Below, piece after piece: positions 49,688-58,213 of a stretch of DNA of 64,000 nt. Source of the DNA: an uncultured Gammaproteobacteria bacterium. Its GTDB lineage: Bacteria; Patescibacteriota; Microgenomatia; UBA10105; UBA927. The translations under genes were made by a program, and so were the position numbers. The DNA is taken from positions 12,815 through 76,814 of the forward strand of contig CAZEVT010000003.1 in NCBI GenBank assembly GCA_964515005.1. The letters are read 5' to 3'. Under the pieces are notes generated by a model that did no database searches, was not told where the DNA came from, and saw nothing but the letters and a program-made list of their open reading frames with translations. The stretch's first letter is position 1, and every line of letters starts with the position of its first letter.

Positions 49688-50874
49688 AAATTCTTTTTGT
49701 TTCAGCCGTCCTGCCGTACCCCTTGCATTCCGGGGGACAGATCCGGATATATAATCTGCTGAAACGGTTGGGGAAGAAGCACGAGATTCACCTCTATTCC
49801 TTTATCCGGTCGGAAAGTGAAAAAAAGTATCTTCCGAAGTTATCATTTTGCAAAAAGGTCGTCACGGTTCTGCGAGGCCGTGTATGGCAGCCGAAATATC
49901 TGTTCAAAGCAATAACCAGCTCGTACCCTTTGTTATGGAGTAGTTACGATAACCGGGAGATGTTTGGGCTTTTGTCAGGCGAGATTGGCCGCGACAACTA
50001 TGATCTTGTCCATATAGAGCCGGGATATGTGTTCCCGTCGCTCCCCCCGATTGATATTCCTTTGGTGGTGTCCGAACATAATATTGAGCATACGGTCTAT
50101 GCGGCATACGTGGGCACGCTGCCGAAAGTACTAGGACCCTTTCTTTCCCGTGACGTGGAAAAAATAAAACAATGGGAAGAAAAGGTCTGGAAGCGCGCCA
50201 GTCACGTGACTGCAGTCTATGAAGGCGATCAGAAGCATATTGCTTCGATTATTGATCTCAAAAGGGTGAGCATTGTTGGGAACGGCGTTGACCTTGCGCA
50301 GTTCCTTTTCCTGCCGAAAAAGACCCTTTCTCAAAAGGAATTAACATTCCTGTATGTCGGTAACTTTTTGTGGATCGAGAATATTGACGCGGTCGAGTAT
50401 CTCCTCAAGAAGGTTTGGCCCGTTATTATGCAACACTATCCGGGCGCGCGGTTGCGGATTGTGGGGAAGCATCTTCCTCTACGGCTTCGCCTCCTCGGGG
50501 GATCCCCCTCGGTTTCATTTTTTGAACATGTTGAGGAAATTTACAAGGAATATCAATCGGCCGATATTCTTCTTGCGCCCATCCGGGTCGGCGGAGGAAC
50601 AAAATATAAACTGATCGAGGCAATGGGCAGCGGCTTGCCGGTCATCACGACAAGCATTGGCGCACAGGGCATCGAACACAAAGGATCACGGGGACTCCTG
50701 GTTGCTGATTCTCCCGAAGAAGCGCTACAATCCGTGAGGACGCTTCTCGATAATACAAAGAGGATATTTTTGGTGACCAATGCGCGGTCTGTCATTGAGA
50801 AATCTTTTTCCTGGGACGTGATTGCCAAACAACTGGAAGGGGTCTGGAAGCAAACCTATGAACACGGCAACTGA
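49684..50874 (+). CDS. GT4 family glycosyltransferase
   Basis: GG.KYKLIEAMGSGLPVITT C-terminal motif and an N-terminal MKILFVS...SGGQ start. Confidence 0.8.
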   Translation: MKILFVSAVLPYPLHSGGQIRIYNLLKRLGKKHEIHLYSFIRSESEKKYLPKLSFCKKVVTVLRGRVWQPKYLFKAITSSYPLLWSSYDNREMFGLLSGEIGRDNYDLVHIEPGYVFPSLPPIDIPLVVSEHNIEHTVYAAYVGTLPKVLGPFLSRDVEKIKQWEEKVWKRASHVTAVYEGDQKHIASIIDLKRVSIVGNGVDLAQFLFLPKKTLSQKELTFLYVGNFLWIENIDAVEYLLKKVWPVIMQHYPGARLRIVGKHLPLRLRLLGGSPSVSFFEHVEEIYKEYQSADILLAPIRVGGGTKYKLIEAMGSGLPVITTSIGAQGIEHKGSRGLLVADSPEEALQSVRTLLDNTKRIFLVTNARSVIEKSFSWDVIAKQLEGVWKQTYEHGN

Positions 50875-51733
50875 ACTTTCGATCATCATCGTCAACTTTA
50901 ATACCAAAGACATCACTCGCGCATGTCTGGATTCCATACGGAAATGGTCGGAAGGGCGCCCGTGGGAAATCATCATGGTCGACAACGGCTCGACTGACGG
51001 CAGCGTCGAGATGCTCGAGAAGTACCCGGGAATTACCCTCATTTTAAACAAAAAAAATTTGGGATTTGCGAAGGCGAATAACAAAGGGATAAAGGTTGCC
51101 AAGGGAAAATATATCCTCCTTTTGAATTCCGATACAGAGATCCATCAGGATTCCGTCCAAACCATGCTGCGATTTATGGATGGGCATCTGAAGGCAGGCG
51201 CGGCTACGTGCAAGCTGGAACTCATGGACGGCACAATGGATCCTGCGTGCCACCGGGGATTTCCTACTCCCTGGGCATCATTGAGCTATCTTCTCGGACT
51301 TGAGAAACTGTTCCCAAAATCCCGGCTATTTGCCGGCTATCACCTTGGGTACAAAAATATGGATATTCCGCACCAGGTGGATTGCGTAAGCGGTGCCTTT
51401 TTTATGGCCCGCCGCGAAGCGATTGACGCGGTAGGAGTACTTGACGAAGATTATTTTTTCTATGCCGAAGATATCGACTGGGCATACCGTTTCAAGAAAA
51501 AAGGGTGGGAGATCTGGTTTAATCCGGAAGCCACGGTTCTGCATAAGAAGAAACAAAGCGGGAGGGCAAATGTACTACGATCTCGACAAATCAAAACCGA
51601 GATGTACTTCCATACGTACAACTGGCTCTTCTTTAAAAAACACTATGCGAAAAAATATGGTCCGTTGGTCTCGATCCCCGTGAGCATTTTTTATACGATC
51701 CGCTTGTTTTTGCTCAAAAACTTTTCTCTATGA
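50858..51733 (+). CDS. GT2 family glycosyltransferase
   Basis: LSIIIVNFNT...IIMVDNGSTDGS...LNSDTE. The likely start is ATG 50858. Confidence 0.85.
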   Translation: MNTATELSIIIVNFNTKDITRACLDSIRKWSEGRPWEIIMVDNGSTDGSVEMLEKYPGITLILNKKNLGFAKANNKGIKVAKGKYILLLNSDTEIHQDSVQTMLRFMDGHLKAGAATCKLELMDGTMDPACHRGFPTPWASLSYLLGLEKLFPKSRLFAGYHLGYKNMDIPHQVDCVSGAFFMARREAIDAVGVLDEDYFFYAEDIDWAYRFKKKGWEIWFNPEATVLHKKKQSGRANVLRSRQIKTEMYFHTYNWLFFKKHYAKKYGPLVSIPVSIFYTIRLFLLKNFSL

Positions 51734-52260
51734 AGATTGGCATTGATGCGCGCCTTATCGACGAAACCGGAGTTGGGAGATATATCCGGAACCTTATAGT
51801 GGAACTGGGAAAGATTGATAAGACAAATTCATACGTTGTCTTTTTACGGAAACGTTCCTACGGCGATTTCGTTGCGCCGAATGCGCGCTGGCAAAAACGG
51901 CTTGCGGACGTGCCATGGCATAGCGTCGCCGAACAATTATTTATGCCGGCGATATTTAATGGGGGGAAATTGGATCTCCTCCATGTGCCGTACTTCAACG
52001 TCCCGCTTTTGTACTTTGGGAAATTTATTGTGACGATCCATGATTTAACCGTTCTTCACGTTCATACCGGTAAGGCAAGTACCCTCCCATATTTTTTCTA
52101 TCAAATCCGGCGGTTGGGATATCATCTGTCACTACTAAAAGCGCTTTCCTGGGCAGAAAAGATTATTGCGGTGTCGGGGGCAACGAAGAAAGAAATTACC
52201 GATCATTTTGATGTGCTGCCCGCGGATATTACGGTGATTTACGAAGGGGGATCGTTATGA
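51730..52260 (+). CDS. GT4 glycosyltransferase, N-terminal half (split gene)
   Basis: 176 aa with MKIGIDAR...TIHDLT...VIYEGGSL, then a stop. A G5 tract lies at 52246-52250 just before the stop. Confidence 0.6.
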   Translation: MKIGIDARLIDETGVGRYIRNLIVELGKIDKTNSYVVFLRKRSYGDFVAPNARWQKRLADVPWHSVAEQLFMPAIFNGGKLDLLHVPYFNVPLLYFGKFIVTIHDLTVLHVHTGKASTLPYFFYQIRRLGYHLSLLKALSWAEKIIAVSGATKKEITDHFDVLPADITVIYEGGSL

Positions 52261-52775
52261 AGACGCCGTATTTTCTCTATGTTGGAAATGCATATCCTCA
52301 TAAAAACCTGGAAATTCTTATAGACGCATTTGCTGCGCTCGGCGGCGATACCACGCTTGTCCTGGTGGGAAAAGATGATTATTTTTATAAACGGCTGAAA
52401 CAAAGTGAACGAGTGAAGACGCTGGGAAACAGAATTGTTTTTAAAACGAGTGTATCGGATAGAGAACTGGGAAGTTTGTACCGCGATGCGCAAGCATTTG
52501 TATTTCCGTCGCTCATGGAAGGCTTCGGATTGCCTGCCATCGAAGCACTTGCCCATGGTTGTCCGGTCATTTGTTCGGATATACCCGTCTTTCATGAGAT
52601 TCTTGGTGAGGCAGCAACATACTTCGATCCGAACGACGTCGACCGCCTTACAAAAATTCTCGCGGTTGCCCTAGAAAAAAGACCCAGAGTCGACGGGAGT
52701 ATCGTAAAGAAGTATTCCTGGCAAAAAATGGCTAAGGAGACATTATCTGTATATGAAAATCGGTCTCGTCTATGA
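52257..52775 (+). CDS. GT4 glycosyltransferase, C-terminal half (split gene)
   Basis: 172 aa with PYFLYVGN...EGFGLPAIEALAHGCPVI. Starts 4 bp inside the preceding half's stop. Confidence 0.65.
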   Translation: MKTPYFLYVGNAYPHKNLEILIDAFAALGGDTTLVLVGKDDYFYKRLKQSERVKTLGNRIVFKTSVSDRELGSLYRDAQAFVFPSLMEGFGLPAIEALAHGCPVICSDIPVFHEILGEAATYFDPNDVDRLTKILAVALEKRPRVDGSIVKKYSWQKMAKETLSVYENRSRL

Positions 52776-53871
52776 CCGCGTAAATAAATGGGGCGGGGCT
52801 GAGCGGGTTCTTCTTGCGCTCCATGAGATTTGGCCGGAGGCGCCGCTTTATACTGCGGTCTACGACGAGAAACGTGCATCATGGGCAAAGGTATTTGAGG
52901 TTCATCCTTCGTTCCTGCAGCATATTCCCTTCGCCAAAAATAATCACGAGTTTTATCCATGGTTTACTCCCATGGCCTTTGAAACGTTTCGCTTTGACGG
53001 ATATGATGCAGTGCTTTCAGTGACGTCTGCGGAGGCTAAAAATATTATTACCAAGCCCGGTACCGTGCATATATGCTACTCCCTGACCCCGACGCGATAT
53101 CTTTGGAGCGGAGAGAAAGAATATGTAAAATATTCAGATCAAATTTCATCACACATGTTTCGTCTGTGGAGGGCGACGCTCAAACGATGGGACCAGGTTG
53201 CGGCTTCGCGACCCGATTATTATCTTGCCATTTCCAACCATGTTGCGGGTCGCATAAGGAAATACTACCAGCGGGAAACAGAAAAAGTTATCTATCCGCC
53301 GGTTGATCTTCAGATGTTTCGGCCAGAGGCCGATCAGCCTTTGGCTGATACGCCGAATGGTAAAGGCGACTATTTTCTTTGTGTTGCAAGGCTCGTGCCG
53401 TATAAACGTGTGGACCTTGTCATAGATGCGTTTAACAAATTAGGCTGGCTGCTCAAAATTATCGGCAGGGGTAGAAGCGAGTCATCGCTTCGGCAAAAGG
53501 CAAAAAAGAATATTGAATTTGTCGGTGGTGATTTGACAGATGAAGAAGTCCGTGCCTATTATCAAAAGGCCCGTGCTTTTGTGTTTGGGGGCGTCGAAGA
53601 CTTTGGTATTGTATCGCTTGAGGCTCAAGCATGCGGCAAGCCGGTGATTTGCCCGCGGGACTCCGGAATGGCGGAAACCGTGATGGAGGGCAAAACCGGA
53701 GAATTGTTCAGCGAGCAGTCAGTCGGTTCGCTTACCGCCGCGTTGCGAAAGTTTGATAAAGGGTGGTATGATAGCGACTTCTGCCGCACAAACGCAGAAA
53801 AATTTTCTATGGACCGATTTAAAAAAGAAATGAAGGAGACTGTGATGAGGTTGGCGACACATACACTATGA
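52753..53871 (+). CDS. GT4 family glycosyltransferase
   Basis: EDFGIVSLEAQACGKPVI motif, with an N-terminal MKIGLVYD...WGGAE start. Confidence 0.8.
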   Translation: MKIGLVYDRVNKWGGAERVLLALHEIWPEAPLYTAVYDEKRASWAKVFEVHPSFLQHIPFAKNNHEFYPWFTPMAFETFRFDGYDAVLSVTSAEAKNIITKPGTVHICYSLTPTRYLWSGEKEYVKYSDQISSHMFRLWRATLKRWDQVAASRPDYYLAISNHVAGRIRKYYQRETEKVIYPPVDLQMFRPEADQPLADTPNGKGDYFLCVARLVPYKRVDLVIDAFNKLGWLLKIIGRGRSESSLRQKAKKNIEFVGGDLTDEEVRAYYQKARAFVFGGVEDFGIVSLEAQACGKPVICPRDSGMAETVMEGKTGELFSEQSVGSLTAALRKFDKGWYDSDFCRTNAEKFSMDRFKKEMKETVMRLATHTL

Positions 53872-54950
53872 AGGCAATAATATTCGCAGGCGGAGTAGGC
53901 ACAAGGCTGTGGCCGCTTTCCCGAAAAAAATCCCCCAAGCAATTTGAAAAAATTGTCGGCAACAAGTCGACCCTCCAGTTGGCTGCGCAGCGTCTTCTCC
54001 CTGATTTTTCCTGGAAAGACATCTATGTTTCGACCGGCAAGCCGTACGTTGAACTGATTCAAAAACAGCTCCCCGAGGTGCCTGCCGATCAGGTTATTGG
54101 TGAACCCGAGATGCGGGATGTTGGGCCTGCCGTCGGCCTTATAACGTCGCTTCTTGTGAAAAAGTCGCCCCTTGAGCCAATGGTCATCCTTTGGAGCGAT
54201 CATCTGGTCAAAAAAGACGCGCTGTTTCGAAAAGTTCTCATGGCCGCGGGGGATATAGTGAAAAAAGAACCCGACCGCATTATTTTTGTTGCCCAAAAGC
54301 CGCGATTTGCTAGTGAAAACCTGGGATGGATTGATTATGGAAAAGAAATGCAGCGGGAAAACGGCGTTCCGTTTCACGCATTTGTCGACTTTCAATACCG
54401 CCCGGACGGGGCCACTGCCAAACGCTACTTGGAAAGCGGCCATCATGCGTGGAATCTCGGGTACTTCGTCACGACCCCGCAATTTTTGTGGAAACAATAC
54501 GAGCGGTTTGCCCCGAATGTTCACCAAGGACTATCCCGGATTGCCGATGCCTGGGGCACTACGCGATTTGAAGAAGTTCTTGCCGAGGTATACCCGACGC
54601 TTGAGAAAATCAGCTTTGACAACGCGATTCTGGAAAAACTCGACCCGGGGGGTGCGCTGGTTGTTTCTGAAAACATCGGATGGAGTGATATTGGCGCGTG
54701 GGAAGCGCTCAAGGAGGCGCTTCAGGAGGCGGAGGACAAAAATGTCACGCAGGGAAAAGTGATTCTAACCGATACGTCCGATTCGCTTGTTTATAACTAC
54801 ACGGATCAGACCATCGCAACGATTGACGTTGATGATATGCTCATCGTTACGACCGATGACGTGGTACTCGTCTGCAAGAAATCATCGGTACCCAAAATAA
54901 AAAAACTGGTCGAAAGCTTGAAAGGGACAGAGCACGAGCATCTGACATAA
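53868..54950 (+). CDS. manC: Mannose-1-phosphate guanylyltransferase (GDP-mannose pyrophosphorylase)
   Basis: AIIFAGGVGTRLWPLSR...PKQF N-terminal signature, 360 aa. Confidence 0.8.
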   Translation: MKAIIFAGGVGTRLWPLSRKKSPKQFEKIVGNKSTLQLAAQRLLPDFSWKDIYVSTGKPYVELIQKQLPEVPADQVIGEPEMRDVGPAVGLITSLLVKKSPLEPMVILWSDHLVKKDALFRKVLMAAGDIVKKEPDRIIFVAQKPRFASENLGWIDYGKEMQRENGVPFHAFVDFQYRPDGATAKRYLESGHHAWNLGYFVTTPQFLWKQYERFAPNVHQGLSRIADAWGTTRFEEVLAEVYPTLEKISFDNAILEKLDPGGALVVSENIGWSDIGAWEALKEALQEAEDKNVTQGKVILTDTSDSLVYNYTDQTIATIDVDDMLIVTTDDVVLVCKKSSVPKIKKLVESLKGTEHEHLT

Positions 54951-54957
54951 GCCTTCT

Positions 54958-55596
54958 ATGGGATATTCGTCGACGAAGCGGTGTATCGATATAGGCGGAA
55001 GTGTACTTTTGGGAGTATTCTTTTTTCCCATTTCTCTTGTGACGGCACTAGCCATTTACTTGGATTCCCCCGGACCGATATTTGCCGACACCCCCCAGCG
55101 GGTAGGAAAAGGGGGCAAACTCTTTAAGCTCTATAAATTCCGTTCGATGGTCGTCCATGCGCATGAAAAGCTGCGGAGCGACCCGAAGCTGGCGAAGCTT
55201 TACAGCGAATACAAGAAAAACAGCTACAAGCTTCTGGATGATCCGCGGGTGACCCACGTCGGCCGCTTAATCCGCAAGCACTCACTCGACGAAATTCCCC
55301 AACTTCTCAACGTCATGCGGGGCGACATGAGCCTTGTTGGGCCCCGGCCGTATTACCCGGATGAGCTCGTTGAACAGCAGCGAAAGTATCCGCATACGAA
55401 AGACTTGGTGAAAGTCGTGCTTTCGGCAAAGCCCGGTATTACCGGCCACTGGCAGGTGTCTGGGCGAAGCGAAGTTAACTTTGACAAGCGGATAAAAATG
55501 GATGCAGACTACGTCAAAAAGCGTTCGCTTCTTATGGACATATCGATTCTTCTGAAAAGCCCCTGGGCCATGATCTCGGGCAAAGGCGCGGTGTAG
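54958..55596 (+). CDS. Polyprenyl-phosphate hexose-1-phosphate transferase (bacterial sugar transferase, PglC/WbaP C-domain type)
   Basis: KRCIDI, a single TM, and [21 protein letters not shown]. Confidence 0.85.
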   Translation: MGYSSTKRCIDIGGSVLLGVFFFPISLVTALAIYLDSPGPIFADTPQRVGKGGKLFKLYKFRSMVVHAHEKLRSDPKLAKLYSEYKKNSYKLLDDPRVTHVGRLIRKHSLDEIPQLLNVMRGDMSLVGPRPYYPDELVEQQRKYPHTKDLVKVVLSAKPGITGHWQVSGRSEVNFDKRIKMDADYVKKRSLLMDISILLKSPWAMISGKGAV

Positions 55597-55599
55597 CGG

Positions 55600-55628
55600 T
55601 TGACAAGAATTGGGTAATACGCGAAAAT
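55600..55628 (+). promoter_or_regulatory. Candidate promoter TTGACA-N17-GAAAAT, 6 nt before ATG 55635
   Basis: Exact -35 hexamer, a 17-nt spacer and an A/T-rich -10-like hexamer. Leaderless geometry. Confidence 0.35.
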
Positions 55629-55634
55629 AATACA

Positions 55635-57638
55635 ATGCCCGAGGAGCTCAAAAAAATAGAACTGGAGACGACGCCTCGGCCAAAGGCCGACCAGCCTCTG
55701 GCTGGTGTACCCGCTTTGAACTCCATGAACAAGAAACCATTTCCCTGGAAATTTATTTTCATTCCTTTAGGCGTCATCCTTGTTTTCCTCGTTGTGATCG
55801 GACTCATGTTGCTTCCGCTTCGCGGCGTTATGGCCAAAGCCCAAAACGTTGCGCAAACCGGTCGTATCCTTGGGGATGCCGTGAAAAGCCAGGACCTGGT
55901 GAAGGCAAAAGAAGGGCTTGCAGCGACAAGGAAAAGTCTTGAGGAGCTTCGGAGTGAGTACGGCAAAATAAAACCGCTTATGGTCGTTCCTCTTCTCGGC
56001 GCGTATATAAAAGATGGCGATCACGCAATCAAAGCAGGGTTTGCCGGACTTGATGCGGGGGACAAGGCCATCGAAGCACTCGAGCCCAATGCGGACATTC
56101 TGGGACTCAAAGGCAAAAGCACATTTGTCTCGGGGACCGCCGATGACCGGATCCAGACAGCAGTCAAAACCATGAACGCGCTCGTGCCAAAAATAAATGA
56201 AATGGCCGGAAGCATCGATACCTTACGACGCGAAATCGACGCGATAGATCCCGCGCGCTACCCCGACCACATCGGCAAGACGTCCATTCGGCCGCGCCTC
56301 GTGGGAATCAAAGAAGTCATTGAAAATGCGGCGAATTTGTTTGTGAATGCACAGCCTTTACTCGTGAATCTACCCAAACTTCTTGGCGAGCCCGATGAAA
56401 AGCGCTACCTCGTGCTTTTCCAAAACGACAAGGAACTTCGGTCAACAGGCGGATTCATCACCGCCTACGCACAGTTCCGGTTTGTACGGGGCAAAGCAAT
56501 TTTGGAAAAATCAGATGATATCTACGCGCTTGATGCCGCCAAGACCAAGAAGTTTGAAGCACCCCGGGAAATTTCCACGTTCCACAAAGGTGTCTATGAG
56601 CTCCACATCCGCGACTCAAATCTTTCGCCCGATTTCAAGACGTCCATGCTGAAGTTTGAAGAAATGTACAACACCACATCTGGTAAAGAAAAAATTGACG
56701 GTATTTGGGCGATGGACACGCATGTACTGGTCGAGGCATTGAAGATTTTAGGCCCCATGAACGTATACGGCCGCGTGTTTAGTGCAGAAATTGACAAGCG
56801 GTGCGATTGCCCCAAGGCAGTCTACGAACTTGAGGATTATTCGACGCGCCCGGTCAACTATGTGAAGACCGCGCGCAAAGATATTATCGGTGTCCTTCTT
56901 CAGACTATTTTGCAGCAGGCCTTGGGCGTTTCCCCTTCCAAGTACTGGGGACCGCTTTTCCAGATGCTCATTACGGAAATTAACGAAAAGCATGTCCTTG
57001 CATACTTCCATGATCCTGCCGCCCAGAAGGCCGCGGAAAGCTTCAATATGGCAGGTCGCATTATGGCGGCAACCGACACGGCGACGCTTTTGAAGTATGA
57101 AGAGGGCAACGGCTGGGACTATCTCCACGTCAACCACAGCAATATGAGCGGCGCTAAAGCCAATATGTTTGTATCGGAGAAAATTACCAAAGACACGACC
57201 GTAAATACCGACGGAACGGTGATCACTAAATTAACCGTCGATTATAAAAATCCCTACAAAGGAAGCGACTGCGGACTCGAGTCCGGAGGGCTCTGCCTTA
57301 ACGCGCCGCTTCGCAATTGGGTGCGGGTGTTTGCGCCAGCAGGAAGCAAGCTCGTTGAGAGTAAAGGCACTCAGTCGCCCAAAGACAGCAAAGCGACGCC
57401 CATGGAGACCTATGACTCACTGGGAAAAACTGTGTTTGAAGGGTTCCTCATCGTCAACCCATTGGGGACAGCGAAGCTTGAGCTGACGTATACGTCACCG
57501 GTTTCCCAGGTAGACGGGAAATACAAGCTCCTTATCCAGCGCCAGCCGGGATCTGACGATCAGGAGTTTATTCTCAAGCTCGGCGGTAAAGAAAGAAAGA
57601 AATTTATCCTCAAAACTGATACGGAGGTAGTATTGTAG
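55635..57638 (+). CDS. Membrane-anchored extracytoplasmic protein, possibly DUF4012-like
   Basis: N-terminal TM anchor, a 600-aa soluble domain, and an LVLFQNDKELRSTGGFI motif. The family assignment is tentative. Confidence 0.4.
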   Translation: MPEELKKIELETTPRPKADQPLAGVPALNSMNKKPFPWKFIFIPLGVILVFLVVIGLMLLPLRGVMAKAQNVAQTGRILGDAVKSQDLVKAKEGLAATRKSLEELRSEYGKIKPLMVVPLLGAYIKDGDHAIKAGFAGLDAGDKAIEALEPNADILGLKGKSTFVSGTADDRIQTAVKTMNALVPKINEMAGSIDTLRREIDAIDPARYPDHIGKTSIRPRLVGIKEVIENAANLFVNAQPLLVNLPKLLGEPDEKRYLVLFQNDKELRSTGGFITAYAQFRFVRGKAILEKSDDIYALDAAKTKKFEAPREISTFHKGVYELHIRDSNLSPDFKTSMLKFEEMYNTTSGKEKIDGIWAMDTHVLVEALKILGPMNVYGRVFSAEIDKRCDCPKAVYELEDYSTRPVNYVKTARKDIIGVLLQTILQQALGVSPSKYWGPLFQMLITEINEKHVLAYFHDPAAQKAAESFNMAGRIMAATDTATLLKYEEGNGWDYLHVNHSNMSGAKANMFVSEKITKDTTVNTDGTVITKLTVDYKNPYKGSDCGLESGGLCLNAPLRNWVRVFAPAGSKLVESKGTQSPKDSKATPMETYDSLGKTVFEGFLIVNPLGTAKLELTYTSPVSQVDGKYKLLIQRQPGSDDQEFILKLGGKERKKFILKTDTEVVL

Positions 57639-57655
57639 CCGCTAGACATACCCGC

Positions 57656-58201
57656 GTGTATACGGCGGAGGGAATAGTGCTGAAGCGAAAGAGTATTGGA
57701 GAAGCCGATCGCATGGTTTCCCTGTTTACCAAAAAGTATGGCAAGGTGAGAGTATTGGCCCGGGGCGTTCGGAAAGTAAGTAGCCGGCGCGGTCCTCACA
57801 TAGAAGTGTTCAACCACGTGATTGCCACCATCCATAAAGGTGAGCATCAGGAATCGCTTTCTGAAGTTTCCCCTCTTGGAACGTTTGAAAATATACGAGG
57901 AGATCTTACGCGCATCGCGGCGGCATATTATCTCTGCGAACTCATCGACGGGCTCCTGCCCGAAGGACAAGTACACGAGGACGTGTTTAGGCTCTTGTCG
58001 GATGCGCTCACGACTCTCGGTACGGTTGAAACAAACCGGGTCGAGGTCCTCCGTGACCGGTTTGCCGCAGCGCTTCTTCGAATGCTTGGGTTTCTTGAAA
58101 AGGGAAAAAAGCCGCCGGGGCAGGATATAAATGCCTATGTCGAACACCTTTTGGAGCGTAGGCTCAAAACCGTGCGTCTGGCTTCACAGCTTAACATTTG
58201 A
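57656..58201 (+). CDS. recO: DNA repair protein RecO (short form)
   Basis: N-terminal EGIVLKR...GEADR..SLFT...G..R OB-fold pattern. GTG start. 181 aa. Confidence 0.7.
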   Translation: MYTAEGIVLKRKSIGEADRMVSLFTKKYGKVRVLARGVRKVSSRRGPHIEVFNHVIATIHKGEHQESLSEVSPLGTFENIRGDLTRIAAAYYLCELIDGLLPEGQVHEDVFRLLSDALTTLGTVETNRVEVLRDRFAAALLRMLGFLEKGKKPPGQDINAYVEHLLERRLKTVRLASQLNI

Positions 58202-58213
58202 TACTATGTATCC

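Noticed and set aside
53625-54527. 300-aa ORF on the minus strand
   Set aside because: It is entirely antisense to the well-supported manC gene, has no recognisable motifs, and is a typical shadow ORF in a GC-balanced region.
57560-58147. 195-aa minus-strand ORF
   Set aside because: Antisense to recO and to the 3' end of the DUF4012-like gene. It has no domain signal and is a shadow ORF.
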